A DNA stretch of 64,000 nt from Octopus sinensis. Its lineage: Eukaryota. A program made the position numbers and the translations under genes. The stretch lies in contig NC_043026.1 of assembly GCF_006345805.1 (NCBI RefSeq), positions 10,788,001-10,852,000 on the forward strand. The letters run 5' to 3'. The notes beneath the pieces were generated by a model. The model saw only the letters and a list, made by a program, of their open reading frames with translations. It did not search any database and was not told the origin of the DNA. Of the stretch, positions 36,110 to 48,443 are shown piece by piece (position 1 is the stretch's first letter; each line of letters opens with the position of its first letter).

Positions 36110-36999
36110 GTAACGATAACTCTGTATGTCCCTCCCTATATATATTCAAATATTTCCTCGCGTAACATTGTTGAATAATTTACTCCAGAAACATTGTTTC
36201 TCGCCGTTGTTTCATCTAAATTTCTTTAATTAACCCATACGTTAAGATATAGTCTCGTAAGTATCTTTAATACATCTAACACAAACACTTTAACGGCATT
36301 TTACACTTGGTTGCTGTGTTGTTAACCTATAAAGCGATGGGATTTGCACTTGCATAGCATCGACTGCTGGGCACATTTTATGAAAATGGGACTACTATGC
36401 ACACATAAAAAGCAAAAAAAAATTGTTAAAATTATCTTCTTAGTATATAATGGTAGCAAGTTTTACATCATCTTTCGAAAAGTCACTAGTTGATCTATTA
36501 GTCCTCTTGCATTCTGGTGGGGTTTGGGAGCGTTTGAGTGACATTAGACCCCGACAAACGTCCGAAAATTAAATTCATCGATCTGGGCCACGATCGTGGC
36601 CTGTCGACCTGTGCCTGACGGCCACGATCGTGGCCCATCGCGCTTTATGTGTTAAAAGTAAAAACATTAAAATATTTAACAATGTTTATGCTATCAGGAC
36701 AAGTAAGTTTGACGATGTTGTTCAATCCCTAATGTAAAGTATGAAATGGGTACCGGATGAAGGGTCTTATTTGGTTTGAGGTTCTGGGTAAAAATAGAAG
36801 CCAAGAGGGTGTTGTTAAGTCCCAGGACAGCTCGGTCGAGCAGAGTTTTTGTTCAAAAGCGTTTCAGCTGTGACTGTCACGTTTTCATATACCCAGCGCT
36901 TGACTATCGAATGTCTTCTTTTATAAAACAACAGACTGATATTTGACTAAGCATTTCACTGCTATTTCTAGTGTGTCGAACGGACATCAGTGACATATA

Positions 37000-37000
<1 letters not shown>
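36110..37000 (+). promoter_or_regulatory. Z4 distal upstream block C with donor-like GTAAGT at 36257
   Basis: Aligns with the reverse complement of 20380-20880 apart from an insertion at 36330-36647. A partial second copy lies at 37060-37240. Confidence 0.5.
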
Positions 37001-37060
<60 letters not shown>

Positions 37061-37400
37061 TTACTTCAGAAAACATCTAACTCTATTATCCCATCTACAT
37101 TGCTTTAATTAACTCCATACGTAATGATATGAAAATATTCTGGTAAATTTGGGAAGACAAACACTTTAGCGGCATTTTACACTTCATTGTTGTTTTGTTT
37201 TAACTACAAACAAACATTAAAATATTTTTGTAATGTTAATGTTACATCTACACACATTCACATAGATTACATATATAGAGACAGCAATGTATAATCATAG
37301 ACAATATAAGGATTGATTATATCTATTCACATCTATATAAACTGATATAGATATTGTCATAGATTTCATAACGATCTATATCTACATTCATCTATAAACA

Positions 37401-37621
37401 TACGAGGGAGTACTGAAAATTTCCTGGCTTTAAGGGTGTCTCGAAAGGCCTGGTTGGAAGCCCAACCTTCCAAGAACTTTTACAGGGCTTAGAAAAACTG
37501 AAGGACTGCTGCAATAAGTGTCTGAATCTGAGAGGGGAATATGTTGAGTAAAATCGTAATTAACTGATCATCCTATATTTTCTTTTACCTAAAGCCAGGA
37601 ATTTTTTAGCACTCCCTTGTA
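37401..37621. mobile_element. Mariner-derived MITE
   Basis: TIRs tacgagggagtactgaaaatttcctggcttta / taaagccaggaattttttagcactcccttgta. The interior is the transposase C-terminus. Confidence 0.8.
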
Positions 37622-37911
37622 GGTATGTAAACACATTCATATCTAAATATACCGATGATCAGTTTCGTACGGTTTTCTTATATATATATATAAAGAGGAT
37701 AAAACCATTATTTAATGTTATATCTAGCACGGTGGTACCTCTCCAATACCCTTAATTATATATATATATAGTAAGTGGATAAGCGAAAGAAGGGCACTCA
37801 ACCAATTTATTGGGAGTTACATGTATGGATCAAAACAATTTGATTCAAATTCGTTGGTACTCTTGAGTTTCAAGAGTGAAGCTAGTCATGTGTGTGTGTG
37901 TGTGTGTGTGT

Positions 37912-37955
<44 letters not shown>

Positions 37956-38774
37956 ATGTATGATGTATATATTGGTGCGGGCGTGGCTATGCAGTTCAGA
38001 AGCTTGCTTGGGTTCATTCCCAATGCACAACACCTTGGGCAAGTATCTTTTACTATAGTGCTGGGTTGACTAAAGAGTGGATTTGGTAGACAGAAACTGA
38101 AAGAAGCCCAAATGTGTATTTTTATACAGAGTGAATCAAAAGTAGCGCCCAGTTTGTGGAAGTCATGCCTTTCTTTGTTGTTTTCCAGATTATTACTGAC
38201 AGTTTTGAAAGTTACAAAATCTGGATCTTGTATCATGTTGTTAACACTGTTTGATTCCATGGGGGAATATTTACCCCTTTTGGAAACAGGTAGGGGTTGG
38301 TGACAGGAAGAGCATCAGGTGATAGAAAATAGTAGTAGTAGTAGTAGTAGTAGTATCTTCATAGGTTCACGTCTACTTTGTGAGACATCTTATGTTGTTA
38401 TATTTTTTCTTGCTTTACAGTTCTGCTAACAGATCATCCCATTATCATGTGTTACAGATGAAGAATTATTGCACCAGAACATCTGCTGCCAATTATTTAT
38501 GGATGTCCATTTTCCACTCTACACATCTTCCATTAACCCATATCCACCTTTATTCACTTAGAAATAATTCTTTAAGTTTATAACAAATTGTAGGCCTCTT
38601 AAAGGTTGGACTCAGTCTGCAACAAGCAGTCTGGTAAATAAAAAAAAAAAACACATCCACATTGCTTATTTTACTCATATCAAAGCAATCTCATGATATC
38701 TACGATATGAAACTGAGCCATAACAGATATTTAAAGACATTTCTCAGCTTTTTAAGAATTGCTCAAGAAACAAT

Positions 38775-39827
38775 ATGGATAATGTTAATCACTTGGACAA
38801 GTCTAACACAACTGTTTTTAACCAAATAAATGCAGTTAGAGAGATGGACGGAGATGAGAAAATTGTAGATAAAAATGTTGCTGAATATCGTTGTGAGATT
38901 TGTAGGAAGGGTTTCTCTTCTGAACATGAAGTTTTCACGCACAAAAAAACACACACGGGAGACAGACAGTTCCGGTGCGGAATATGTGAAAAATCTTTCA
39001 ACCAGAAATGCCATCTCGTCATCCATATACGTAGTCACACTGGAGAAAAACCCTTCCGCTGTGAAATCTGTGAGAAATCATTCACAGATAATACTAATCT
39101 TGTCGTTCACAAAAGAATTCATACTGGGGAGAAACCATTCCACTGTGAAATCTGTGGGAAATCTTTCACTGATAATTCTAACCTTGTCGTTCACATACGA
39201 ATCCATACTGGAGAGAAACCGTTTCACTGTGATATTTGTGGGAAATATTTTGTTGCTAACAGTGTCTTAAGAACACACAAACGAATCCATACTGGCGAAA
39301 AACCATACCATTGCGAGATCTGTGGGAAATCTTTTATTGAGAATTCAAAGCTTACAATCCATAGACGTAGTCACACTGGAGAAAAGCCATATCATTGTGA
39401 AATCTGTTGGAAGTCTTTTGTTAGTAAAAGTAATTTGACACAGCATGAACGGATTCACAGTGGGGAAAACCCCTTTCACTGTGAAGTGTGTGGGAAATCC
39501 TTCTCTCAGAATTCCAGTCTTGTGGTTCATGAAAGGATCCACTCGGGGGAAAAACCTTACCACTGTGAGATTTGCGGCAAGTCTTTTGTCTCCAACAGTG
39601 ATTTAAACAGGCATAAAATTATTCACAGCGGGGAGAAGCCGTTCAGATGTGAAGTGTGTGAGAAATATTTTGTGAGTAACAGTTATTTGACGAAACACAG
39701 AAGAATTCACACTGGGGAAAACATTTTCCATTGTGAGATTTGTGGCAAGTCATTTATTACAAACAGCCTGTTAAAGAGACACAAGCAGATACACTCTGGA
39801 GGGATGTCTGTTAAAGATGAGACCTGA
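38775..39827 (+). CDS. Z4: C2H2 zinc-finger protein, 350 aa, 11 fingers
   Basis: Intact array; Z2/Z3 subgroup C-terminus (HKQIHSGGMSVKDET). Confidence 0.95.
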   Translation: MDNVNHLDKSNTTVFNQINAVREMDGDEKIVDKNVAEYRCEICRKGFSSEHEVFTHKKTHTGDRQFRCGICEKSFNQKCHLVIHIRSHTGEKPFRCEICEKSFTDNTNLVVHKRIHTGEKPFHCEICGKSFTDNSNLVVHIRIHTGEKPFHCDICGKYFVANSVLRTHKRIHTGEKPYHCEICGKSFIENSKLTIHRRSHTGEKPYHCEICWKSFVSKSNLTQHERIHSGENPFHCEVCGKSFSQNSSLVVHERIHSGEKPYHCEICGKSFVSNSDLNRHKIIHSGEKPFRCEVCEKYFVSNSYLTKHRRIHTGENIFHCEICGKSFITNSLLKRHKQIHSGGMSVKDET

Positions 39828-40128
39828 GAAGTGGTTCTCTGGCTAATCTAAAGTTATTTCTACCACCATATGTATATGTGTGTGTGTGTGTGTGTATATA
39901 TTTATATGTATATATATATGTATATATATGTATGTGACCGCGTGTGTACCGTTGGCAATTTTTTTCCCTCTGTCTTCCCTTCTCTGGATCTTTCCTTCTC
40001 CTTTGTTTCTGACAAAGAGCTCCGCTCGAAACATTAAACCCTCCTTCTTTCCTGAGCATCCAATAATACTATATTTGTTCCACGTCCTCGCGTTGTTGTG
40101 TTTTTTTTTTGTGCTTTCATGTTTGGAA

Positions 40129-40168
<40 letters not shown>

Positions 40169-40564
40169 GGTTGTATACTGTCAATCTAACAAGAACGTGA
40201 CAGTAGGGGGTACACCACCGTTATATAGCCCTAGGAGGCATCGAACGCCTCCTGACAGCTTCGACACATTTTATCCTGTGTCCTTATATACACACATATA
40301 TATATATATATATATATGTTTGTGTAGTTTGTGTCAGGTGACTGTGTGGAGACGTTACACATGTTGTAATTGATTATTTGGCATGTTCTCAGCACAAGAA
40401 ACTATTAGTAGCATATAAAAACATGTATTGTGTCTATTAAATAATATATATATATTTATATAGATTAAAGCAGAAATGAAAGGACAGATGGTTTGGCAAG
40501 ACTTGGCAAAGACATTTAATTTAGCTATATGAGAAAAAGTTATACACAGTCTCTCCAACAGCTG

Positions 40565-41270
40565 TTTCTAGAATATCCCAACTGGAACATAGTGTTGAGC
40601 AAGGATTCATTGGGTACATCTTATGGAGTTTCTACCTACATCTTTTCTACAGATTGAACAGGGCCATCTACCTGATGGGTTTGTGATTTGTTTGCCTTCC
40701 TACTTACTAGAACTTTGGTTTTGCAACATTGACTTTAAGGCCCTTCAATACTAAACCTTGCTTCCACACCTGAAATTTCTTCTCTAGTTCTGGTAGTGAT
40801 TGAGTTATAAGAGCAAAGTCATCAGCTTAGAGGAGCTCCCAGGTGCAGCCTGTCTTGAATTCCTCTGTTACTGCCTAGTGGACTATGATGAACAAGATGG
40901 GGCTGAGCACTGATCCTTGGTGAACCCCTACTTCTACCCGGAATTCTTCACTATACTTGTTGCTGACCCTTGCCTTACTGACAGCACCCTTGTACAGTTC
41001 TTATTAACCACTTGTCTATCCCTAGTTTCTGGATCACCCACCAGATAAAGGATCTGGGGACCCTGTCAAAGGCTTTCTCCAAGTCAACAAAAGCCAAGTA
41101 TAGGGGTTAATTTTTGCTAGGTATTTCTCCTACCAGAAATATAGCATCAGTGGTACTTCTACCTGGCACAAAACTGAACAGCATCTCATCTAAGCAGACT
41201 CTCTCCCTAATTAGTTAGGCTATGACCTTCTCCATGACCTTCATCACCTGATCCAGCGTCGCTGAAGAGT
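40565..41270 (-). mobile_element. Decayed RTE RT fragment
   Basis: Minus strand carries LAFVDLEKAFDRVP, VGVHQGSVLSPILFIIV and ELL*ADD homology to 23300-23737. Confidence 0.8.
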
Positions 41271-41454
41271 GACACCGTTGCCTTACCAGAAATATAGCAT
41301 TAGTGGTACTTCTTCCTAGCACAAAACTGAACTGCATCTCATCTAAGCAGACTCTCTCCCTAATTAGTTAGGCTATGACCTTCATCACCTGATCCAGCAT
41401 CCGGCGTCGCTGAAGAGTGACACCGTTTTATATCTAAGAAAGACATCGGCGACT

Positions 41455-41923
41455 TTTAACGTACGTCACCGGTGTCATTGAAACAAGGGGAGTAATTATC
41501 AACGACACCGCCTACAGGCTGTGTTTTTAATTGCGTGAATTATATTATACGTTATAATTATCTCATGTTTAGGTGAACGTTGATGTTCGTGCTTAAGACT
41601 AGGTGATATTACAGGTTTCAAGCTCGGCCTTCTATAGCCTTCATGATTAAATATGTCATTTCATCACAGCTTTACATCGTTAATTAGTTGTTCCCTATTT
41701 TACAGGACAGGGAACATGGCTTTTAATCAACAACAAATCAATCAATGAAATTTTCATTCGGACTTTATATCAAACATTCTACTGGTGAGTAGAAAATATA
41801 CCTACATCACATCTGTTCCTCACATGTAAACGGAGGATTGTGATATCTAAGACAAGAAACTGAACCATAACAGATTAACTCACAGACACGTGTCAGTTTT
41901 TAAAGAATTCCCCAAGAATTAAT
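41455..41923 (+). promoter_or_regulatory. Z5 5' module type A (UTR exon 41706-41784, intron 41785-41896)
   Basis: acgtcaccggtgtca core, tattttacag acceptor, ctg|gtgagt donor and tgtcag acceptor. Splicing is inferred. Confidence 0.6.
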
Positions 41924-43066
41924 ATGGAGAAGAGCAATCACTTGGATACTTCAAACGCAAATGTTTTTAACAATATAGATATAGTTGCACAGACAGATAT
42001 AGATGAGAAACCTGTCCTTGGCGAAGTATTTACTCAAGAAAGATCGTTACAGGAAAATCTTACTGAATATAGATGTGATGTTTGTCGGAAGACCTTCTCT
42101 TCAGAACGTGAAGTCTTCACGCACAAAGAAATACACAGCAAGGAGAATCATTATCAATGTGAAATATGTGGGGAGTATTTTGTCTCTGATAATGTTTTAA
42201 GAATACACCAACGAAAACACGCCCAAGTCAAACCGTTGGGCTGTGAAATATGTAGTAACAATTCTAGTCTTATTATCCACGTTTGCAGTCATACTAACGA
42301 AAAACCGTTTCACTGTGAAATGCTCAAGAAATCTTACTCTGGTAATCCTAGTCTTATAGTCCATAAACGAATGCACCCTGGCAAAAAGGCCTATCACTGT
42401 GAAATCTGTGGAGAATGTTTCTGTCAGAAATCTAAGATGACTTTACATAAATATAGTCACACTGGAAAGAAGCCGTTCTATTGTGATATATGCGGGAAAT
42501 GTTTTGTGAGGAAGTGTACTTTGTCGACACACAAAAAAATTCACTCTGGGGAGAAACCGTGGCACTGTGAAATCTGTGAGAAGTCGTTTGCGAAATCTAG
42601 CCATTTAAGCAGGCATAAATTAACACACACGGGAGAAAGACCTTTCCCTTGCAATGTATGTGGGAAATCTTTTATTACTAATGATAACTTAAAAACGCAC
42701 AAGATGATACATTCTGGGGAAAAACTATTTCGCTGTGAAATATGTGAGAGATCTTTTGTCTCTAATACTCATTTAAGCAGACACAACAGAGTCCATAGTG
42801 GCGAGAAGCCCTTTCATTGTGAGATTTGTGGGAAAGGCTTTGCCTCTAACAGTGATTTAAACAGGCATAAACGAATTCATACTGGAGAGAAACCATTTCA
42901 TTGTGAAATGTGTGGGAAGTCATTCTCTGATAATTCTAATCTTGTGGGTCACATCCGCAGCCATACTGGGGAAAGACCGTATCATTGTGAAACTTGTGGG
43001 AAATGTTTTGTGACCAGTAGTCACTTAAAAAGACACTTACAAACACACACTGGAAAGAAGACTTGA
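41924..43066 (+). CDS. Z5: C2H2 zinc-finger protein, 380 aa, 12 repeats (fingers 3 and 4 degenerate)
   Basis: Open frame. Finger 3 lacks 4 residues and finger 4 reads CEML. Confidence 0.93.
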   Translation: MEKSNHLDTSNANVFNNIDIVAQTDIDEKPVLGEVFTQERSLQENLTEYRCDVCRKTFSSEREVFTHKEIHSKENHYQCEICGEYFVSDNVLRIHQRKHAQVKPLGCEICSNNSSLIIHVCSHTNEKPFHCEMLKKSYSGNPSLIVHKRMHPGKKAYHCEICGECFCQKSKMTLHKYSHTGKKPFYCDICGKCFVRKCTLSTHKKIHSGEKPWHCEICEKSFAKSSHLSRHKLTHTGERPFPCNVCGKSFITNDNLKTHKMIHSGEKLFRCEICERSFVSNTHLSRHNRVHSGEKPFHCEICGKGFASNSDLNRHKRIHTGEKPFHCEMCGKSFSDNSNLVGHIRSHTGERPYHCETCGKCFVTSSHLKRHLQTHTGKKT

Positions 43067-43094
43067 AACTGTGGAAACAGGAGAAAGCTTTCTT

Positions 43095-43540
43095 TTAACC
43101 CTTTCGTTACCAACCCAGCTGAAACTAGCTCTGGCTCTGAGTACAGATATCTTGTTTTCATAAGTTTTGAATTAAAATCTTCCACCAAACCTTAGTCACA
43201 ATTTATGTTCTTAACACTAGCTGAATGATAACTAAGTTAGTTTACTAAATTCTTTGTTATATTTAAAGGAATTGAAAGAAACACAGAGCATCTCAGCAGA
43301 AATATGGCAACAAAAGGGTTAAAATATATAATAAACAATTCTTAACCCTTTTGATACCAACCCGGTGGAAACTGCCCCTGGCTCTGTAGCACAAATATCT
43401 TGTTTTCATAAGTTTTGAATTAAAATCTTCCACCAAACCTTAGTCACAATTTATGCTCCTAACACTAGCTGAATGATAACTAAGTTAGTTTACTAAATTC
43501 TTTGTTAGAGCATCTCAAAATAAATACAGTAACGAAAGGA
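43095..43540. mobile_element. Two tandem piggyBac-like MITEs after the Z5 stop
   Basis: ttaaCCCTTT...AAAGGGttaa at 43095-43322. A second related copy starts at 43342. Confidence 0.7.
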
Positions 43541-44254
43541 GATCTAAACTTATTGTCTTACTGGTGAAAAACGTTGAAACTAGTTCTGTTTGAATTAAGA
43601 CATACTTGCCAGGTATGTTTCCATGGAAGGTTGGAAATGAATAACACTGCTCATTTGGCAGTAACACTCGTGTAAGACTAGGAGACATGCACATATACAC
43701 ATGTTAGAAAAAAGACTCTCATCTTAGTCTATTCACCTCAATAGACGTCATCGATTGGTTGAAATTGCTGAAATGCAAGAAATTAAGCAACAAATAGCTT
43801 ACAAACTACAGAATTTTCTCAAGAAAGCCAAAAGAAAAAGATGTTTTATAAACACATTCTACCAGTATACGAAGTTTAAAAGTGTTTAGTTACGTGGAAA
43901 TTATTTTAAAAATCTGCCGGTGAAAAGATCCAATATTTCTGTTTAAAAAGGAATGTCTTCCACATTGACGTCATAAAGAGATGTTTGTTTGAAAAGAAGG
44001 TTAATGTTTGCTTTAACACCCAGCCACCAAAAAAAAAAAAAAAACAATGTGCATTCAACTAATATATAAACAAAAAATTGTGCCAATGAACCGTGGGGTG
44101 AGGAGAGGAAGAGAACTTTCGGAAAATTCCGAAAGTCGTCTCCCCACCTTTCGGTTCGTTGGCACAAATATTTGTTTTTCATATTCCGTTTAATACACAT
44201 ATTTTCATACCTATTACACCGGGGGTTTTTTTTTTTTGTTGTGGCCAGGTGTTC

Positions 44255-44530
44255 ATCATCAGTTAGCGTCCGCTTTCCATGCTGGCATGGGTTGGACGGT
44301 TCAACGGGTCTGGGAAGCCAGAGGGCTGCACCAGGCCCAGTCTGATCTGGCAATGTTTCTACGGCTGGATGCCCTTCCTAACGCCAACCACTCCGTGAGT
44401 GTAGTGGGTGCTTTTTACGTGCCACTGGCACAGGTGCCAGACGAAGCTGGCAAATGGCCACGATCGGATGGTGCTTTTTACGTGCCACCAGCACGGAGGC
44501 TAGTCGAGGCGGAGCTGGCAACGGCCACGT
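44255..44530 (-). mobile_element. RTE 3' UTR copy
   Basis: Same sequence as 9746-10130. Further copies at 45208-45585 (-), 46160-46320 (+) and 47520-47670 (+). Confidence 0.85.
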
Positions 44531-47500
44531 TAAAGTAACATTAACCGAAAATAATGGACAAAACAAAGTTTTGCAGGTCTAAATAAAAATATTTTTTTCT
44601 TGCCAAATAAACACGCACTGTATATTCGTTCTTCATTCGTTTATTGTTATTTTATCTCAAGTCCCCCCACTTCTTTTTCCAAATCTATTCTGAATTCTTA
44701 TTATTGAAATACACTACTTTGTGTTGTGAATGCATGTGTGCACACATTTATTTGTTAATTAATATTTAGCGGAAGCAACAAAGTGACTTAATGCATTGGC
44801 ACTTATTTATCAAACTAATTACAGGTAAAAAAGATGTGGGTTTATATATAGCGGATGAGAATTATATTTTCCTCTGGACTGTTCTAGATCGAATTTTAAA
44901 TCAAAACAATGTCATTCAATTAAGTAGATACATAGCTAAAGAAATACAGAAATTTTGTGCCTGTCTTCAAACACATATACACAGTTGGTTCTGCTAAATA
45001 TTAATGAAAATATACTTATACTCATGTTTTGAGTTCTGTTTTTCCTGTTTGCATCACCATACCTGTACAGACAGACTTGTTAATGCTTGTATATATTAAT
45101 TAATGTTCAGGTGTAATAAAAACAATTTTACATTAATCTGATGGATCACTCTATACTTTTGTAGAGTACAAAGTTATTTTTATACAAAAATTAGTTTTTT
45201 TTATTTACCATCATCATCATTTAATGTCCACTTTCCATGCTAGCATGGGTTGAACGATTTTGACAGGGCTGGCGAACCAGATGGCTGCACCAAGCTCCAA
45301 TCTTGATCTGGCAGTTTCTACAGCTGGATGCCCTTCCTAACACCAACCACTCTGAGTGTGTAGTGGGTGCTTTTTACGTGCCAGTCAGGCAGTACTAGCA
45401 ATGACCTCACTCAAATCTTTTTACACGTGCCACCAGCACAGGTACCAGTAAGGCAACATTGGTAACAATCACGCTTGAATGGTGCCACCGGCACGGAAGC
45501 TAGTTGGCTGCTTTGGCAACGATCATGCTCGGATGGTGCTCTTGGCACCCTACTAGCATGGGCACAAGTGCCAGTAAGGTGATCCTCCTGAATGCAGAGG
45601 ACATGCAAAGAATAGAGAGAAATGAAGTTAATACTCCACTGCATGTGCAATGTCAGTGTACATGCAACACAAAGCACTAGAGAGAAGTTAGGTATAAGAG
45701 GATGTATAAGCAGTATGGAAGAGAGGAGACTGTGCTGGTTTCATCATGTGATGTATGTAGTTATGGACAGTTGCATAAAGAAGTGCCAACCTTCATCAAT
45801 TCCCTCACACATGTACCATAACCCCTGCCTCCTCCATCATTTGTTAGTCACCTCATCCTGTCTCTATATCACCTCACCTATTCTCAGCACCATCAATATC
45901 TCCTGAGGGCATGTTCTAACACATCCCTACCATCATCTCTCTCTTTATCTTACTAACTCACTCTTTGTTTTCCACTTGGGGTCTCTATGTATCTACTCTA
46001 CAGCAAGACATTTATTTGCTTTTTTTTCTATACCTTAAATCTCTCAACTGGCACAAAGAAACACCTCCTCAATACTACTCCCTACTCCCAGTTGGTGGGG
46101 GGAGCGGTTTGTCTTGCAAGGTATTTGCTGACCGTCGGTGATGTTGCCATTTAAAAAGCACCCAGTACACTGTAACGTCGTTGATGTTAGGAAGGGTACC
46201 CAGCTGTAGAAACCAAGTCAAAACAGACTAAGGGAACTGGTGTGGCTCCTGGCCTTACCAGCTTCTGTCAAACCGTCCAACCCCTGCCAGCGTGGAACAC
46301 AAATGTTAAATGATGATGAGGATTCTTCAGCTGATGTTTGGAGTATAAATCAACATGAAATTTTTATGTCAATTTTTTTTATTTAGGCCACATTAAAATG
46401 AGGAATTTGTATCATAGAATCAAGAGCCATTTCAAGTAGGTTAGTATCAAAAGAAAGACAAATGAAGACCATTGTTATTTCTAATTGTAGAGCATATTTT
46501 CAACAAATCCTCTCTATATTAATCTCCTCACTTTCTCTATGTATATGTCAATGTCCACTGATGGCACACAAATTCAAATGATTTTCCACAAAGTATGTGT
46601 AAGCTGTAAGCCCTCTTTTTTCCAAACAGTAAAATGAGTTAATACTGTTATGTCAAATAACAGTAAATATATATTTCTTCAGGCTGTGTTTGTGGATTAT
46701 CAGACTACAAGAGAAGGATTTACATAATTTGCATTGACAAATATATTTTACCAGCCTATATGTATATATATATATATACATACATACATATATATATTAC
46801 TTATTTGTATTGCTTTTACGTCCTGTTCTTGTCACTTTTTTTTTTCTACCCCTCTGCAAAAGAATTAAATAAAATTCTTTTGCAGGAAGGACTGCTTCGG
46901 CCGGATCATGTTCTGCCCTTACCTTCGAAACATGCTGGGGCAGCTGATGAAGGGGAATATTCCTTGAATTGTTTGTCTTGTACTCTGTTTTTTCGTTGTT
47001 AAAAAAATTCTGTTTCCTTGTTTGTTTTTATGTTTTCGTTTCTCGTTTTGTTCTACGTTTATTTGTGGTGTCCTGTACTCTTATATATATATATATATAT
47101 ATATATAGATGTAGGTATGTACATATATGTATGTATGTATGCATATGTTTTATTTGTTAAATTGTTATTATATATATACATATTTATATATATAACTGCC
47201 AAGTACAAATATCTTAATTCACAAAGAATAATCCCCCACACACACGAATGACAGAAAATGCATAAAGAAGTGCTGAGCTTTGTGGAATGAACATGTGGAA
47301 GGAGTAGACCCAGGAAAATGTGGGACGAAGTGGTGAGAAAGGATCTGTAGATGTTTGGGCATGACAAGGGGGACCAAGACTTCTTGTAGTTTGCTGTGCT
47401 TGAGAAGACAAGTTAAGCTAAGTAAATACATGGTTGTTGTTCTTGCATCCTTCTTCAGCTGAGCATTCCTGATCTTGCAGGCTTGTGAGTGCCAGTGCCA

Positions 47501-48443
47501 CACAAGAGCACCCATGGTAGTGTTGCATAAAGCACCTAGTACACTCTGTAAAGTGGTTGGCATTTGGAAGAGCATTTAGCCATAGAAACCATGCTAAAAC
47601 AAACATGGAGCCTGGGCAGCTCCTGTCAAACCATCCAACCTACAGAAAATGGACATTAAATGATGATGATGGTAGTTTTCTTTTCTTGTCCAATTTTTAT
47701 TCATTTGTCAGCAGTAAAATTAAATAAAGGGGCCTGATTGGCCCCTGCCAGTTTGTGCCAGTCATTATCAAGACTTCAAATGTTCACATCCCCCGCCACA
47801 CACACACACATTATCAATTTCCTCTGCAAAAGAGGGATAATGGTGCCTCATCTGAGAAATGAGACCCATAAGGTGGAGTGGCTGCTGCAGTGAGTATTGT
47901 TGGCCATTCTCCAGAGCAACAGCACCACAGTCATGACCTTGAGGTGTGGTTGGGCACACCATTTGTTCTGAGGATATGTGGCCCGTTGCCCTCACCTTCT
48001 CCACTTTCTGCTGTTTAATCTCCCGACACTTTTTTCTTTCACTGTTTCTTTGTTTCCTAGTAAATGAATTGTAATTAAATAAAGCTTATGTTCATTTCAA
48101 AAAAAAATTATAATTGACAAATAAGGATTTCCCAAATATTTTAATATCTTAGTGGAAGATTATGTTTATGCATTTGTGTTGCAAGAGTCCTGATGTGAAA
48201 TCATGTGTTTGAAAAAGACGTTATATTTTGGGATGGTCTTTCTTCTTCCCCCATCCCATCCTCACCCAAAATATAACAATAATTTAGTGGAAGAGTTTGT
48301 CTTAAACAAGAGCAGATTTGCAAACAAGAAAGATGAAAATTCAATGAAATGATTTTCAACATATTTCGTCAAGATACAACATCCTGCAATGTATATATCA
48401 TGATAGACAAACTTAGATTTGAAAGAAACAGATTTCAGATTAA

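Noticed and set aside
44115-44136. Hairpin actttcggaa-aa-ttccgaaagt as a terminator or Helitron end
   Set aside because: No poly-T tract or CTRR end follows, it is a single short stem, and intrinsic terminators do not apply to this genome.
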